A DNA stretch of 64,000 bases from an uncultured Actinomycetes bacterium (GTDB taxonomy: Bacteria > Actinomycetota > UBA4738 > HRBIN12): NCBI GenBank assembly GCA_963706005.1, contig CAVPLL010000002.1, forward strand, positions 22,148 through 86,147, read 5' to 3'. The notes beneath the pieces were generated by a model. The model had not been told where the DNA came from. It ran no database searches and worked only from the letters and a program-made list of their open reading frames with translations. The position numbers and the translations under genes were made by a program. Below are positions 10,448 to 20,393 of this stretch, one piece after another (the first letter of the stretch is position 1; each line of letters opens with the position of its first letter).

Positions 10448-10824
10448 GAGCGCCGGCTCCGTGCGGCCGTGGTGCGCCTGCCTTTCGGCTTCGCCGGCGG
10501 CGGTCCGGGGAAGACCCGTTGGAACAGCACCAGGAGGGTGGGGTCGCCCTCGATGGACAGCACGCCCCGGAGCGTGGCGGCCATGGCGTTCACGCGGCCG
10601 GCGACCATGCCCGCGAACACCTCCTCGGAGGTGCGGACGACGCAGTCGGCCTTCGCGTTGCGATGCGAGACGCCGACGTCCCCCTCCTCGATCGTGACGA
10701 ACCAGCGTTGGGTGCCCGTGCCGTCCTCGAGATCGATCCGGAGCGAGCCTTTCGCCCTGCGCAGGAGCGGTTCGTGACCCCGGTGCGCGAGATCATCGAA
10801 GAACCCCTCGATCGGCTCGTTCAC
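10444..10824 (-). CDS. SCP2 sterol-binding domain protein
   Basis: VNEPIEGFFDDLAHRGHEPLLRRAKGSLRIDLEDGTGTQRWFVTIEEGDVGV...AMAATLRGVLSIEGDPTLLVLFQRVF fits the SCP2 fold pattern. GTG start with a GAAGGGAAG RBS. Only the last 126 codons of the 738-aa track ORF are credible. Confidence 0.7.
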   Translation of the reverse strand: MNEPIEGFFDDLAHRGHEPLLRRAKGSLRIDLEDGTGTQRWFVTIEEGDVGVSHRNAKADCVVRTSEEVFAGMVAGRVNAMAATLRGVLSIEGDPTLLVLFQRVFPGPPPAKPKGRRTTAARSRRS

Positions 10825-10956
10825 GCGTCTTCCCTTCGCCCGGTTGCGAGGCCGTGGCTGGTATCGAACGCCCTCGGCGGGGGACCGTCCATCCCCCCGA
10901 CCGGATGAAATGATCCTCGAGAACGAACCACCCGCGTGGAGACCCATATCCTCCAA

Positions 10957-10987
10957 GTTCATCGCCTGTTCATCTTGCCCGTTCATC
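10957..10987. promoter_or_regulatory. three direct GTTCATC heptamers (starts 10957, 10968, 10981) in the divergent SCP2-operon / ndh intergenic region
   Basis: Read directly: ctccaaGTTCATCgcctGTTCATCttgcccGTTCATCcgg, in a locally AT-richer patch of the 276-bp divergent promoter region. The protein that would bind it is unknown. Confidence 0.3.
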
Positions 10988-11100
10988 CGGTTCGGGGGAT
11001 GCGGGGGCGGGCCTCCCCGCGTCCGATGAGGAGTCATTACCCTGGTGTCCCGATCCCTGCGAGCGGGATGGGGCCACGAGCGACGCGGAAGGGGTGAGCC

Positions 11101-12360
11101 ATGCCGGATCGGCCTCGGGTGGTGGTGCTGGGCGGCGGGTTCGGTGGGGTCGGTGCCGTCAAGAAGCTGGAGGACGCCCACGCCGACGTCCTCCTGGTCG
11201 ACAAGCACGACTACCACACGTTCCAGCCGCTCCTGTACCAGGTCGCGACGGACCTCCTCGAAACGCCGACGGTGGGACACCCGCTGCGTGACCTGTTCCA
11301 CGGTCACGACCACGTCTCGGTCAAGCAGGCCACGGTGACCGGCGTCGACCTCGAGAAGCGACGCGTGTCGTTCGCCGAGATGAAGCCGCGTCGGTACGAC
11401 TACCTGGTGCTCGGGCTGGGAGCGACGGTCAACTTCTTCGGGGTCCCCGGCGCCGACCAGCACGCGTTCCCGATGTACACGCTGCCCGACGCCGTGCGGC
11501 TGAGGCAGCACGTGCTGAAACGCTGGGAGGAGGCGGACCGCGACCCGGCCCTGATCGACGACGGCGCCTTGAACGTCGTGATCGTCGGCGCGGGCCCGAC
11601 GGGCGTGGAGACCGCCGGCGCGCTCTCCGAGCTGTACCGCGCGAACCTCGCGAAGGACTACCCCGGTATCCCGCAGGACAAGGCCCGGATCGTCGTGGTC
11701 GAGGCGGGCGACGCCGTGCTCGGGATGTTCAAGAAGGGGCTGCAGACCTACGCGAAGAAGGCGCTCGAGAAACGCACGGTCGAGATCATGCTCGGCCAGG
11801 TGGTCTCGAGCATCGAGCCCACGCGCGTCCGGCTGAAGTCCGGCAAGGTGCTGAAGGCGCACACGCTCATCTGGGGCGCGGGGCTCCAGGCGAACCCGGT
11901 CGTGTCGGGCCTCGGCGTCGAGCTCCAGCGCGGCAACCGCCTGCCCGTCGGTCCGGACCTGAGCGTGCCGGGGCACCCGGAGGTGTTCGCCGTGGGCGAC
12001 ATCGCGTGGATCACTGATACCAAGTCCGAGACCGTCCTGCCGCAGCTCGGCTCGGTCGCGCTCCAAGCCGGCGAGCACGCCGGCACGACGATCTCGCGCG
12101 TCCTTCGCAAGAAGAAGGTGAAGCCCTTCGAGTACGAGGACAAGGGGACGATGGCCACGATCGGTCGCAAGGCCGCGGTGGTGCAGTTCCGTGGGGGCAG
12201 GTCGCTCACGGGCACGACCGCGTGGCTCGCCTGGGGCGCGGTCCACCTGGCGCTCCTGTCGACCGGGGAGGACCGAGCTCGCGCCGTCGTGGACTGGACC
12301 TGGGCGGGGTTCACGCACGAACGCGCCGGCCGGATCCTGGTGGATGAGACGGAGCACTGA
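11101..12360 (+). CDS. ndh: type II NADH:quinone oxidoreductase (NDH-2)
   Basis: MPDRPRVVVLGGGFGGVGAVKKL...HDYHTFQPLLYQVAT...VVIVGAGPTGVE...FAVGDIA. Two Rossmann motifs typical of NDH-2. Confidence 0.9.
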   Translation: MPDRPRVVVLGGGFGGVGAVKKLEDAHADVLLVDKHDYHTFQPLLYQVATDLLETPTVGHPLRDLFHGHDHVSVKQATVTGVDLEKRRVSFAEMKPRRYDYLVLGLGATVNFFGVPGADQHAFPMYTLPDAVRLRQHVLKRWEEADRDPALIDDGALNVVIVGAGPTGVETAGALSELYRANLAKDYPGIPQDKARIVVVEAGDAVLGMFKKGLQTYAKKALEKRTVEIMLGQVVSSIEPTRVRLKSGKVLKAHTLIWGAGLQANPVVSGLGVELQRGNRLPVGPDLSVPGHPEVFAVGDIAWITDTKSETVLPQLGSVALQAGEHAGTTISRVLRKKKVKPFEYEDKGTMATIGRKAAVVQFRGGRSLTGTTAWLAWGAVHLALLSTGEDRARAVVDWTWAGFTHERAGRILVDETEH

Positions 12361-14087
12361 CGCGGTCGAGCGCCGCCTGTGGGACGAACGACCGCGGGCG
12401 CGTTCGGCCATGGACGCGGCGACGGGTCTCGGCCTCGGGGCGGTCTGCTGTTGGATCGCGTTCGCCCTGCTCTTGGCCGCCGTCATCGCGCGGGTCTTCG
12501 TGGACGGGGCGACCCGGGACTCGGTCGGCGGGGTGCTGGTCGCGATGCTCGGGCTCGTGCTCCTGCGTGGCGCGTTCGTGTGGTGCGCCGAGGTCGTGGG
12601 GCAGCGGGCCGCGCGGGGACTGAAGACCGACCTGCGCGAACGCCTGGCCGCCAAGCTCATCGCGCTCGGCCCGACCTACACCCAGGGCGAGCGGATCGGC
12701 GAGCTCGTGTACGCGGCGGGGGAGGGCGTCGAGGCCCTCGATCCGTTCGTCACCCGATACGCGCCGACGCGACGGCTCGCCGTCATCGCCCCGATCCTGG
12801 TGGCGGCCGTGGTGTTCGTGCTGGACCCGTGGACCGTGCCGATCCTGTTGATCACCGGACCCGTGCTGGTCTTGTTCCTCGCCCTGATCGGGCGGCGCGT
12901 CCGCGACCTGACGGAGCGCCGCGAACGCGAGCTTGCATGGATGAACGCGCACTTCCTCGACGTCCTTCGGGGCCTCCCGACCCTGAAGATGTTCGGTCGC
13001 AGCGCCGAGCAGGCGGAGACGATCCGGGCCGTCAGCCGTCGACAGGGCTCATCGACGATGGACGTGCTGCGGACGGCGTTCCAAACGACCCTGGTCCTCG
13101 AGTGGGGCGCGACCGCCGCGACCGCGCTCGTGGCCATCGAGACCAGCGTCCGGCTGATGGCCGGCGGGATCGCGTTCGAGCGGGCGCTGGCGGTCCTGCT
13201 GCTCGCGCCCGAGTTCTTCCTCCCGCTCCGCCGCCTCTCGGCCGAGTACCACGTGGGGCGCTCGGCGCTCGCCGCCGCCGAGCGGGTCCACGCCATCCTC
13301 GACGAGCCCGTCCGGACCCCGACGACCGGTCCCCAGCTCGTCGCGCCCGCTGCCGGTGCGCCTCGATGTCCGGTTCGAGGACGTCGTCGTCGCCTACGAC
13401 CAGGGATCGCGAGCGGCGCTCGCCGGGTGCTCGCTCGAGATCCCGCACGGCGCGACGGTCGCGCTCGTCGGGCCGACCGGTGCCGGGAAGACGACCGTGG
13501 CCAACGTCCTGCTCCGGTTCGTCGAGCCCGAACGGGGGCGTGTGACCGTGGGCGGCGAGCCCCTGGCCGGGATCGATCCGGCGCGGTGGCGCACCCGGGT
13601 CGCGTGGGTCCCGCAACATCCGGCGTTGTTCCACGGCACCGTCGCGGACAACCTGCGTCTCGCCCGGCCCGCCGCGCGCGATGACGAGCTCGTGGCGGCG
13701 GCGACCGCCGCCAACGCGCACGGGTTCGTGAGCGACCTCCCCGACGGATACGAGACGCGCATCGGAGAGGGTGGCGCCGGGCTGAGCGGCGGCGAGCGTC
13801 AGCGGATCGCGCTCGCCCGCGCGTTCCTGAAGGACGCGCCGCTCCTGATCCTCGACGAACCCACCTCGCACCTGGACCGGGCGAGCGAGTCGACGGTGCT
13901 CGACGCGCTGTCCCGGCTCGTCGAGGGGCGTACCGTGCTCGTCATCGCCCACCGGCCCGAGCCCGTTGCCGACGCCGATCTCGTCGTGTCGCTGCGCGCG
14001 GGACGCGTCGAGCACGTTGGCCCGGCGGACCACCCGACCGAGGGACGCCACCGGAACGCCCCGATCGCGCTCGGCGGGCAGCCGTGA
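12344..14087 (+). pseudogene. cydD: thiol reductant ABC exporter subunit CydD, one frameshift near 13343-13348
   Basis: The transmembrane domain (ORF 12191..13684 frame) ends ...ILDEPVRTPTTGPQLVA. The NBD (LPVRLDVRFEDVVVAY...GPTGAGKTT...LSGGERQRIALARAF...ILDEPTSHLD) continues in the frame of 13356..14087. The start codon is uncertain (ATG 12344 or 12410). Confidence 0.85.
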
Positions 14088-15773
14088 GCCCGCCGGCGCC
14101 GCTCCGTCGCCTGCTGATGCTCGCCGCCCCGGTCAGGGGCTGGGTGCTCCTCGCCGTCCTGACCAGCTTCGGCGCGCTCGCCGCGAACGTCGCGCTGATG
14201 ACGGCCGCTCCGTACCTGATCTCGAAGGCCACGCTGGTGACCGGCTTCGCGGCGCTCGCGATCGCCGTCACGGCGGTCCGGGCGTTCGCGATCGCCCGGG
14301 CCGCGCTCCGCTACTCGGAGCGGTACGTCGTCCATCTCGCGGCGCTCCGGGTCCTCACGCAGATCCGCGTCTGGCTGTTCGACGCGATCGAGCCGCTCGC
14401 ACCGGGGGGCCTGCGGGCGTTCCGCGGCGGCGACCTGCTCGCGCGAACGGTCGCCGACGTCGACACCCTCGACGCGTTCTTCGTCCGGGGGATCGTGCCC
14501 CCCGCCGCCGCGATCCTCACGACGGCGTTCGCGTGCGCGATCCTCGGGGTGGTCGAACCCCTCCTCGTCGCTCGTCCTGCTCGCGTTCCTCGCGCTCGGG
14601 GGCATCGGGCTCCCGCTCGCGGCCCGCCGCCGCGCCCGCCGGCCGTCCGAACGGCTGATCGCGGCCCGGGCGGATCTGCACGCGGGGTTCGCGAGCGACC
14701 TCGCCGGTCTCGCCGACCTGACGGCCTTCGGCCGCGAGGGACAGCTGGTCGACGACCTGGGGGCGCGATCCACGGCGATGGCCGGGGAACAGCGAAGGCT
14801 CGCGTCGATCCGGGGCGCGAGCGGCGGGGCGGGGGCCGTCCTCGCGGGGCTCGCGGGCCTGGCCGTGCTCGCGCTCGCGATCCCGTCGGTTCGCGGCGAT
14901 GCGATCGACGGCGTGGTCCTCGCCTCGCTGCCGCTCGTGGCGTTCGCCGCGTTCGAGGCGGTCCTGCCGCTCGGGGATGCCTTCCGCGAGGTCGAGCTCA
15001 GCCGCGCCGCCGCCGTCCGGACCTTCGAGATCACCGACGCCCCGCCGCCGGTGATCGAACCCGCGCACGCGGTCGCGCCGCCCACCCACCCGACCGTCGA
15101 GCTCCGCCACGTCGGGTTCCGGTACGACGAACGGTCGCCGCTGGTCCTGGACGACCTGAGCCTCTCGATCCGACCGGGCGATCGACTCGGCATCACCGGC
15201 CCGAGCGGTGCGGGGAAGACGACGATCGTCGGCCTGCTGCTGCGGTTCTTCGACCCCGACTCGGGGAGCGTCCTGCTGGACGGCGCGGACGCCCGAGGGT
15301 TCCGCGCGGACGACGTTCGCGCGCTGATCGGGGTCGTGCCGCAGCAGATCTACCTGTTCAACGGGACGCTCCGCGACAACCTGCTGCTCGCCGACGGCGA
15401 GGCGGACGACATACGCATCGGGCGGGCGTGCGAACGGGCGGGGCTGAGGTCGCTCCTGCGCTCCCTGCCGTCGGGGCTCGACACGCTGGTGGGGGACGAC
15501 GGCCTGAAGCTGAGCGGCGGCGAGCGCCAGCGGGTCGCGATCGCCCGTGCGTTCCTGAAGGACGCGCCGATCCTGATCCTGGACGAGGCGACGGCCAACC
15601 TCGATGCGGCCACGGAGGCCGAGGTCCTGGGCAACGTCTCGGCCTTCGCGCAGGGCCGGACCGTGCTCGTGATCTCGCATCGTCCCGCGGCGCTCGACCT
15701 CGCCGACCGCGTGATCACGTTGCCTACGCCGGCCGGCCGGCCCGGCGAGGTGGACGCGCTCCCCAGGCTCTAG
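14084..15773 (+). pseudogene. cydC: thiol reductant ABC exporter subunit CydC, one frameshift near 14555-14562
   Basis: GTGA overlap with the cydD stop. The TMD MSPPAPLRRLLMLAAPVRGWVLLAVL... breaks at gaaCCCCtcc and resumes as LVLLAFLALGGIGLPLAARRR... in the frame of 14778..15773, which carries GPSGAGKTT, LSGGERQRVAIARAF and ILDEATANLD. Confidence 0.85.
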
Positions 15774-15809
15774 GGTTACGGTCCTCAGCGGACGAAGGAG
15801 GCTCCACCC

Positions 15810-16805
15810 ATGGCACGAGGCATCCTCGAACGGCTCGCGGATGGTCCGGTCCTCGGCGACGGCGGCTACCTGCTCGAGCTCGAGAAGCGCGGCTACGTCC
15901 AGGCCGGCCCATTCACGCCCGAGGTGGTGATCGAGCACCCCGACGCCCTCGCGCAGCTGCACCGGGAGTTCCTGCGCGCGGGTGCCGAGGTGCTGCAGAC
16001 CATGACCTTCTACGCGAGCGACGACAAGCTCGCCACGGTGGGTCTGGCCGGCAAGGTCGACGAGATCAACCGAACGGCGGTCCGGGTCGCCCGGGAGGTG
16101 GCGTCCGAAGGAGACGCGCTCGTGGCCGGCAACCTGTCGCTCACGTGGGCGTACCTGCCCGAGGATCCCTCGAGCCCAGGGCACGTCCGCGAGCTCTTCG
16201 ACCGCCAGCTCCAGGACCAGCTCGACGCCGGTCCGCCCGACTTCTGGATCGGGGAGACGTTCTCGTACCTCGGCGAGGCGCTCCTGTTCGTCGAGCGCGC
16301 GAGGGCGACCGGCCTGCCCGTCATGGTGACGATGTCGTACGAGCAGCCGGTGCCGCGTTCGTACGAGGGCGACACGCCGGCCGAGTGCGCCCGCAGGCTC
16401 CGCGACGCCGGGGCGGACATCGTCGGCGTGAACTGCCTGAACGGGCCCGACGAGCAGCTGCCGATCGCGCTCGAGATGCGTTCGGCGGTCGACGGGTTCG
16501 TCGCCACCCAGCCGGTCGCCTACCGCACGAGCACGGAGCAGCCCGACTTCACCTCGACGCCGAGCTTCCCCTACGCGCTCGACCCGCTGCAGCTCTCGCG
16601 GCAGGAGATGGCGACCTTCGCGCGGAAGGCGCAGGAGGGAGGCATCGACTACATCGGCTCGTGCTGCGGCAGCATCCAGGCCCACGTCCGGGCGATGGGC
16701 AAGGCGATCGGGAAGACCCCGGATGCCGAGCGCGAGTGGCGGAGCACGGCCGGTCGAGCGATGAGCGCCTACGAGTACCACGAGCACAGCGAGACCGAGG
16801 TCTGA
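15810..16805 (+). CDS. homocysteine S-methyltransferase family protein (BHMT-like)
   Basis: 331 aa: ...GDGGYLLELEKRGY...LHREFLRAGAEVLQTMTFYAS...GVNCLNGP...GSCCGS. Zn-binding Cys pattern of the Hcy-binding domain. GAAGGAGG RBS. Confidence 0.8.
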   Translation: MARGILERLADGPVLGDGGYLLELEKRGYVQAGPFTPEVVIEHPDALAQLHREFLRAGAEVLQTMTFYASDDKLATVGLAGKVDEINRTAVRVAREVASEGDALVAGNLSLTWAYLPEDPSSPGHVRELFDRQLQDQLDAGPPDFWIGETFSYLGEALLFVERARATGLPVMVTMSYEQPVPRSYEGDTPAECARRLRDAGADIVGVNCLNGPDEQLPIALEMRSAVDGFVATQPVAYRTSTEQPDFTSTPSFPYALDPLQLSRQEMATFARKAQEGGIDYIGSCCGSIQAHVRAMGKAIGKTPDAEREWRSTAGRAMSAYEYHEHSETEV

Positions 16806-16897
16806 TCGTTCCGGGCGCGTCCCCGGGATGGCGGATGCGGGCTGGTTAGGTCCTGCGGCCGTTGACCCGGTGGGCTCGCGGGCCTAGCGTCGAGAAG

Positions 16898-17761
16898 GTG
16901 CGACGGGTGTTCGTCCTCGTGTCGGTGGTGGTCGTCTCATTCGTCACGATCCCGGCGTCGTGGGCCGGCGTGATCGTGTCGAACGTGGCCGACGGCATCC
17001 TCACGGTGACCGGGACCGCCGGGGGCGACGACGTGACCGTGCGGTGCGAGGGCGGTGAGGTGACCGTGAACCAGACCCAGCCGTCGGGCGGGCCGATCAG
17101 CTGCGGCGACCTGCGGCGCATCCTCGTGTTCGCCGGCGGGGGATCCGATCGCGTGAGCCTCGGCGAGCTCACGCGATCGGTCTTCGACGGCCTGGAGGCG
17201 ACGTCCGTGTCCGGGCAGGACGGCGACGACACGCTCATCGGGTCGGACCTCGGCGACGAACTGATCGGCGGGAACGGCGTCGATTCGCTCCGGGGCGGGA
17301 CCGGGCGCGATCGGCTCCTCCCCGGCTCGGGTGGTGGCGAGGCGCTCGGGGGCAAGGGCCGCGACGTCGTGTCGGTGACCGGCGACGAGAACTGGACGGT
17401 GAACGACTCGCTCTTGCGCTCCACGACCGCGGATGAGGACACGACGCTCAGCTCGATCGAGACGGCCGTGATCACGGGCGGCGGCGGCACGAACCTGATC
17501 TCCGCCGGCACGTTCTCGGGGAACCTGCGACTGGACGGCGGCGGCGGCGGCGATCTCCTGCAGTCGGGCAGCGGCAACGACACGATCGACGGCGGCGGGG
17601 GGAACGACTTCATCCAGTCCGGCGACGGCAACGACGTGCTCGGAGGCGGATCGGGAGACGACGTGCTGCGCGGTGACTCCGGCAACGACGAGCTCGACGG
17701 CGGGCCGGGCGACGATACGTGCACCGGTGGCCCCGGGGCGGACTCCGTCGTCTCCTGTTAG
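16898..17761 (+). CDS. secreted protein with hemolysin-type (RTX) calcium-binding repeats
   Basis: Signal-like VRRVFVLVSVVVVSFVTIPASWAG, followed by many GGxGxD nonapeptides (GGSGDDVLRGDSGNDELDGGPGDD). The GTG at 16898 is preferred over the TTG at 16862. Confidence 0.7.
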   Translation: MRRVFVLVSVVVVSFVTIPASWAGVIVSNVADGILTVTGTAGGDDVTVRCEGGEVTVNQTQPSGGPISCGDLRRILVFAGGGSDRVSLGELTRSVFDGLEATSVSGQDGDDTLIGSDLGDELIGGNGVDSLRGGTGRDRLLPGSGGGEALGGKGRDVVSVTGDENWTVNDSLLRSTTADEDTTLSSIETAVITGGGGTNLISAGTFSGNLRLDGGGGGDLLQSGSGNDTIDGGGGNDFIQSGDGNDVLGGGSGDDVLRGDSGNDELDGGPGDDTCTGGPGADSVVSC

Positions 17762-17789
17762 GGACGGGGCCGGAGGCTACGATTCGCCG

Positions 17790-18290
17790 ATGGACGGCGC
17801 CGACGATCTCCTCCCCGCCGAACGCAAGGTCGTCGAGGAGCTCGGCCACCTGCCGCTCGATTTCCGAGCGATGGCCGCGGTGTCGAACCTGTTCCGCGCG
17901 TCGGCCGCGATCCGCCGGCACATGGAGGCGAAGGTCCTCGCGGACGACCGCCTGTCGTGGACCTCGTTCGTGGCGCTGTGGGTGCTCTGGGTCTGGGGCG
18001 AGATGGAGTCGCGTGACCTCGCCTCGGCGGTCGGCATCAGCCGGCCGACGTCCACGGGGATCGTGACGACGCTCGAGGGCCGCGGCTACGTCCGGCGTTC
18101 GAAGACCGCGAAGGACGGCCGGCTCGTGCGCGTCTCGCTCACCCCGGCCGGAAGGCGGAAGATCGAACGGCTGTTCCCGAGGTTCAACGCGGAGGAGATC
18201 GCGCTCACCACCCACCTGGATCCCGAACAGCAGGAGCAGCTCGCGACGCTCCTGCGCTCGATGCTCCGAAGGGTCGGCGACGGGAGCTAG
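17790..18290 (+). CDS. MarR family transcriptional regulator
   Basis: MDGADDLLPAE...SWTSFVALWVLWVWGEMESRDLASAVGISRPTSTGIVTTLEGRGYVRRSKTAKDGRLVRVSLTPAGR, a wHTH of MarR type. GGAGG sits 13 nt upstream. Confidence 0.85.
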   Translation: MDGADDLLPAERKVVEELGHLPLDFRAMAAVSNLFRASAAIRRHMEAKVLADDRLSWTSFVALWVLWVWGEMESRDLASAVGISRPTSTGIVTTLEGRGYVRRSKTAKDGRLVRVSLTPAGRRKIERLFPRFNAEEIALTTHLDPEQQEQLATLLRSMLRRVGDGS

Positions 18291-18386
18291 GGACGCGGCG
18301 GCACGCGGTCGCGGGCCGTGCTCACACCAGGGATCGGGCGGGGAACCCCGTGAGCCCCACGCCGCTCAGACACCAGGTCGAGAGAT

Positions 18387-18418
18387 GAACGAGGGCCGGC
18401 TCGCGCCGGCCCTCGTTC
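18387..18418. terminator. GC-rich perfect hairpin between convergent genes (candidate bidirectional terminator)
   Basis: gaacgagggccgg-ctcgcg-ccggccctcgttc: 13-bp perfect stem, located between the marR stop (18290) and the minus-strand gene stop (18431). Confidence 0.5.
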
Positions 18419-18430
18419 GACCCACGTGGT

Positions 18431-20393
18431 TCAGGGGGTCAGCTTGCTGATGCGCGTGTACCAGTTGGCGAGCGACGTCCGGGTACCGCCGCAGCTCCCG
18501 AAGCCGGCGAGGCTCGGGGGAGCGGGATAGTACTGGGCATAGGTGCACGTCTGGCCGATGTACTCGGATGCCATCCAGAGGTCGTTGCCGTCCGTGACCG
18601 CTGCCCCGTAGTCACCCCATCGTGGCCGGAAGTACTGGAACGCGTTGTAGCCGGTGAACCCGTCATCGGGCCCCAGACCCGCCGATGCGATGTGGATCGG
18701 TCCGACCGAGCCGTCGCTGTTGATGAGCGCATAGCCGGCGCTCGGGTAGTAGTCCTCCCCCAGCACCGTGAAGGCCATCGCGCCCTTCCCGTTCGTCCCC
18801 ATCGCGATCGCGGGATAGGTGAGGTTGTTGTTGGCGAGGGCGAGGTAGCCCTGCTTCTTCACCTGGCCCTCCACCTTCCCGGCGCCGTTGATCTTGGGCT
18901 GGACGGCGAACCAGGCGACGCCGGCCCGCAGCTCGCCCCCGACCCACACGGCCGTGTCCGTGGAGCCCCAGAGCATGCCGTTCGACGTACCAGGTCTGCT
19001 GCATGCGGGTGTCGTTCGAGTCGATGTGCACCTCGACCTCGTTGTGGGCCGGCTCGGGGGGGAAGAACAGGATCTGCCAGCACCCCGGGCCGAAGGGCGT
19101 CGGCGTCGTCGTGTCGTTGATGCAGTCGGCGAGCGGGACGTCGCCCGGCTTCTGATCCGACTTCGGCGGATACACGTACGTCTCGCTGTTGATCAGCCGG
19201 CTCGTCCAAGCGAGAGCCGGTGTGGCCGAGTCGAGCGACGCGGTGTTCGTCACGGCCCACAGGCCGATGCGCCGCGCGGTGCCCGTCGGGTTGCCCGGTC
19301 TCGGAGCCGTCGCCGGCGATCGTGCTCAGGAAGTACTCGGTGCCGTTCTTCTCGCTCGAGTACTGGCCGGCGGCGAGGTCGCGGGCCAGACCGTGAAGCC
19401 CGGCGAGCCGTCGACGCTGAGGTTCTCGACCAGCGTCATGGTGATCGACGCCGGGTGCGCGGCGAGTTGCGCCTTCGAGAAGGCGAAGATCTGCGCCGCG
19501 TTGAAGTTCGGTCCGAACAGGTCGTACTCGTTCGTCGAGATGTAGACGCCGTACCTGTCGGCGCCGATGTGCGGGTAGTCCTGGAAGCACGGGCCCGGGC
19601 GTCGTGCCGTCGAGCGTGCAACCGTGGTTCGGCGTGCCATCGGTCCCGTCGTTCTGGGCCGGGACGTGGTAGATCGTCCAGGCGCCGGTCGGGTCGCCCG
19701 TGTTGCTGACGGCGACGTCGATCGTGTTCTTGCCGTTGTAGTTGCCGTTGGAGTCGACGAACAGCGTCGTGATGTCGACGATGAACCGGTTGTTGTCCGG
19801 GTCGTAGTAGCACTGCGGGTCGATCACGTCGGGGCCGATCGCGCCCGTCGTGCGGTTGATCGCGGCGGGGTAGCCGAAGAACGTGTTCAGGTCCTGCACG
19901 CCGGTCAGCGGAGCTGCCGCTCGTGTTCCAGACCCTGATCACGCTGTTGATGGTCTCGACCACGTAGCCGTTGCCGACGCAGAGGCCCTGGTCCGGCGGC
20001 TCGAGCGAGAACTGGTTGCCGCCGTTCGCGAGCCGCTGATCGCGGTGGTTCAGACCGTTGAAGCTGAGGGCGAGTTCGGGGTTCGAGCCCGCGACCGCGC
20101 TCGAGGGCACGACCGGGGCGTCGCAGCGGGTTCTTCGGGAACTTGCCGTTCTTGAAGCCCGGTCGTGGGCGGTTGAAGCTCCCCGCGCCCTCGTCTTCCG
20201 TGGAGCCGGGCCTGACCTCCGGCTGCTGCAGCCCGTCCTCGCCCGAGGGGCCCGCGTGGATGCTCGTCGTCCCACCCGCCGGGATCTGGCGGCTCCCTCC
20301 CAGGGCGTTGGCCGGCCCGGGGATGACGGCGAGCACCGTCCCGACCAATGCGACCATCATGACGAGGCCAACCTTCCGAGTCCGAGACCTCAT
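18431..20393 (-). pseudogene. secreted hypothetical protein (about 650 aa if repaired) broken by about six frameshifts
   Basis: The signal peptide MRSRTRKVGLVMMVALVGTVLAVIPGPANA and protein-like text can be followed through six frame switches. The segments are ...FKNGKFPKNPL / CDAPVVPSS...VIRVWNTSG / AAAPLTGVQDLNTFFGYP...GCTLDGTTPGP / CFQDYPHIGADRYGVYISTNEY... / QYSSEKNGTEYFLSTIAGDGSETG / NTASLDSATPALAWTS...RMQQTWYV / MLWGSTDTAVWVGG...NWYTRISKLTP. Confidence 0.7.

Noticed and set aside
10444-12660. 738-aa minus-strand ORF antisense to ndh and cydD.
   Set aside because: This is a high-GC shadow ORF. Only the last 126 codons (the SCP2 protein, with its own GTG and RBS) look like protein, and the plus-strand NDH-2 has clear motifs.
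14084-16849. 921-aa plus ORF and the 756-aa minus ORF (14517..16787) spanning cydC and the methyltransferase.
   Set aside because: Their composition is Arg/Pro/Gly junk outside the true cydC N-terminus. The real genes are recovered in other frames with ABC and Hcy-methyltransferase motifs.
16846-17724. 292-aa minus ORF antisense to the RTX-like gene.
   Set aside because: It is Ser/Pro-rich mirror-image translation of the GGxGxD repeat DNA. The plus-strand frame has a signal peptide and canonical calcium-binding nonapeptides.
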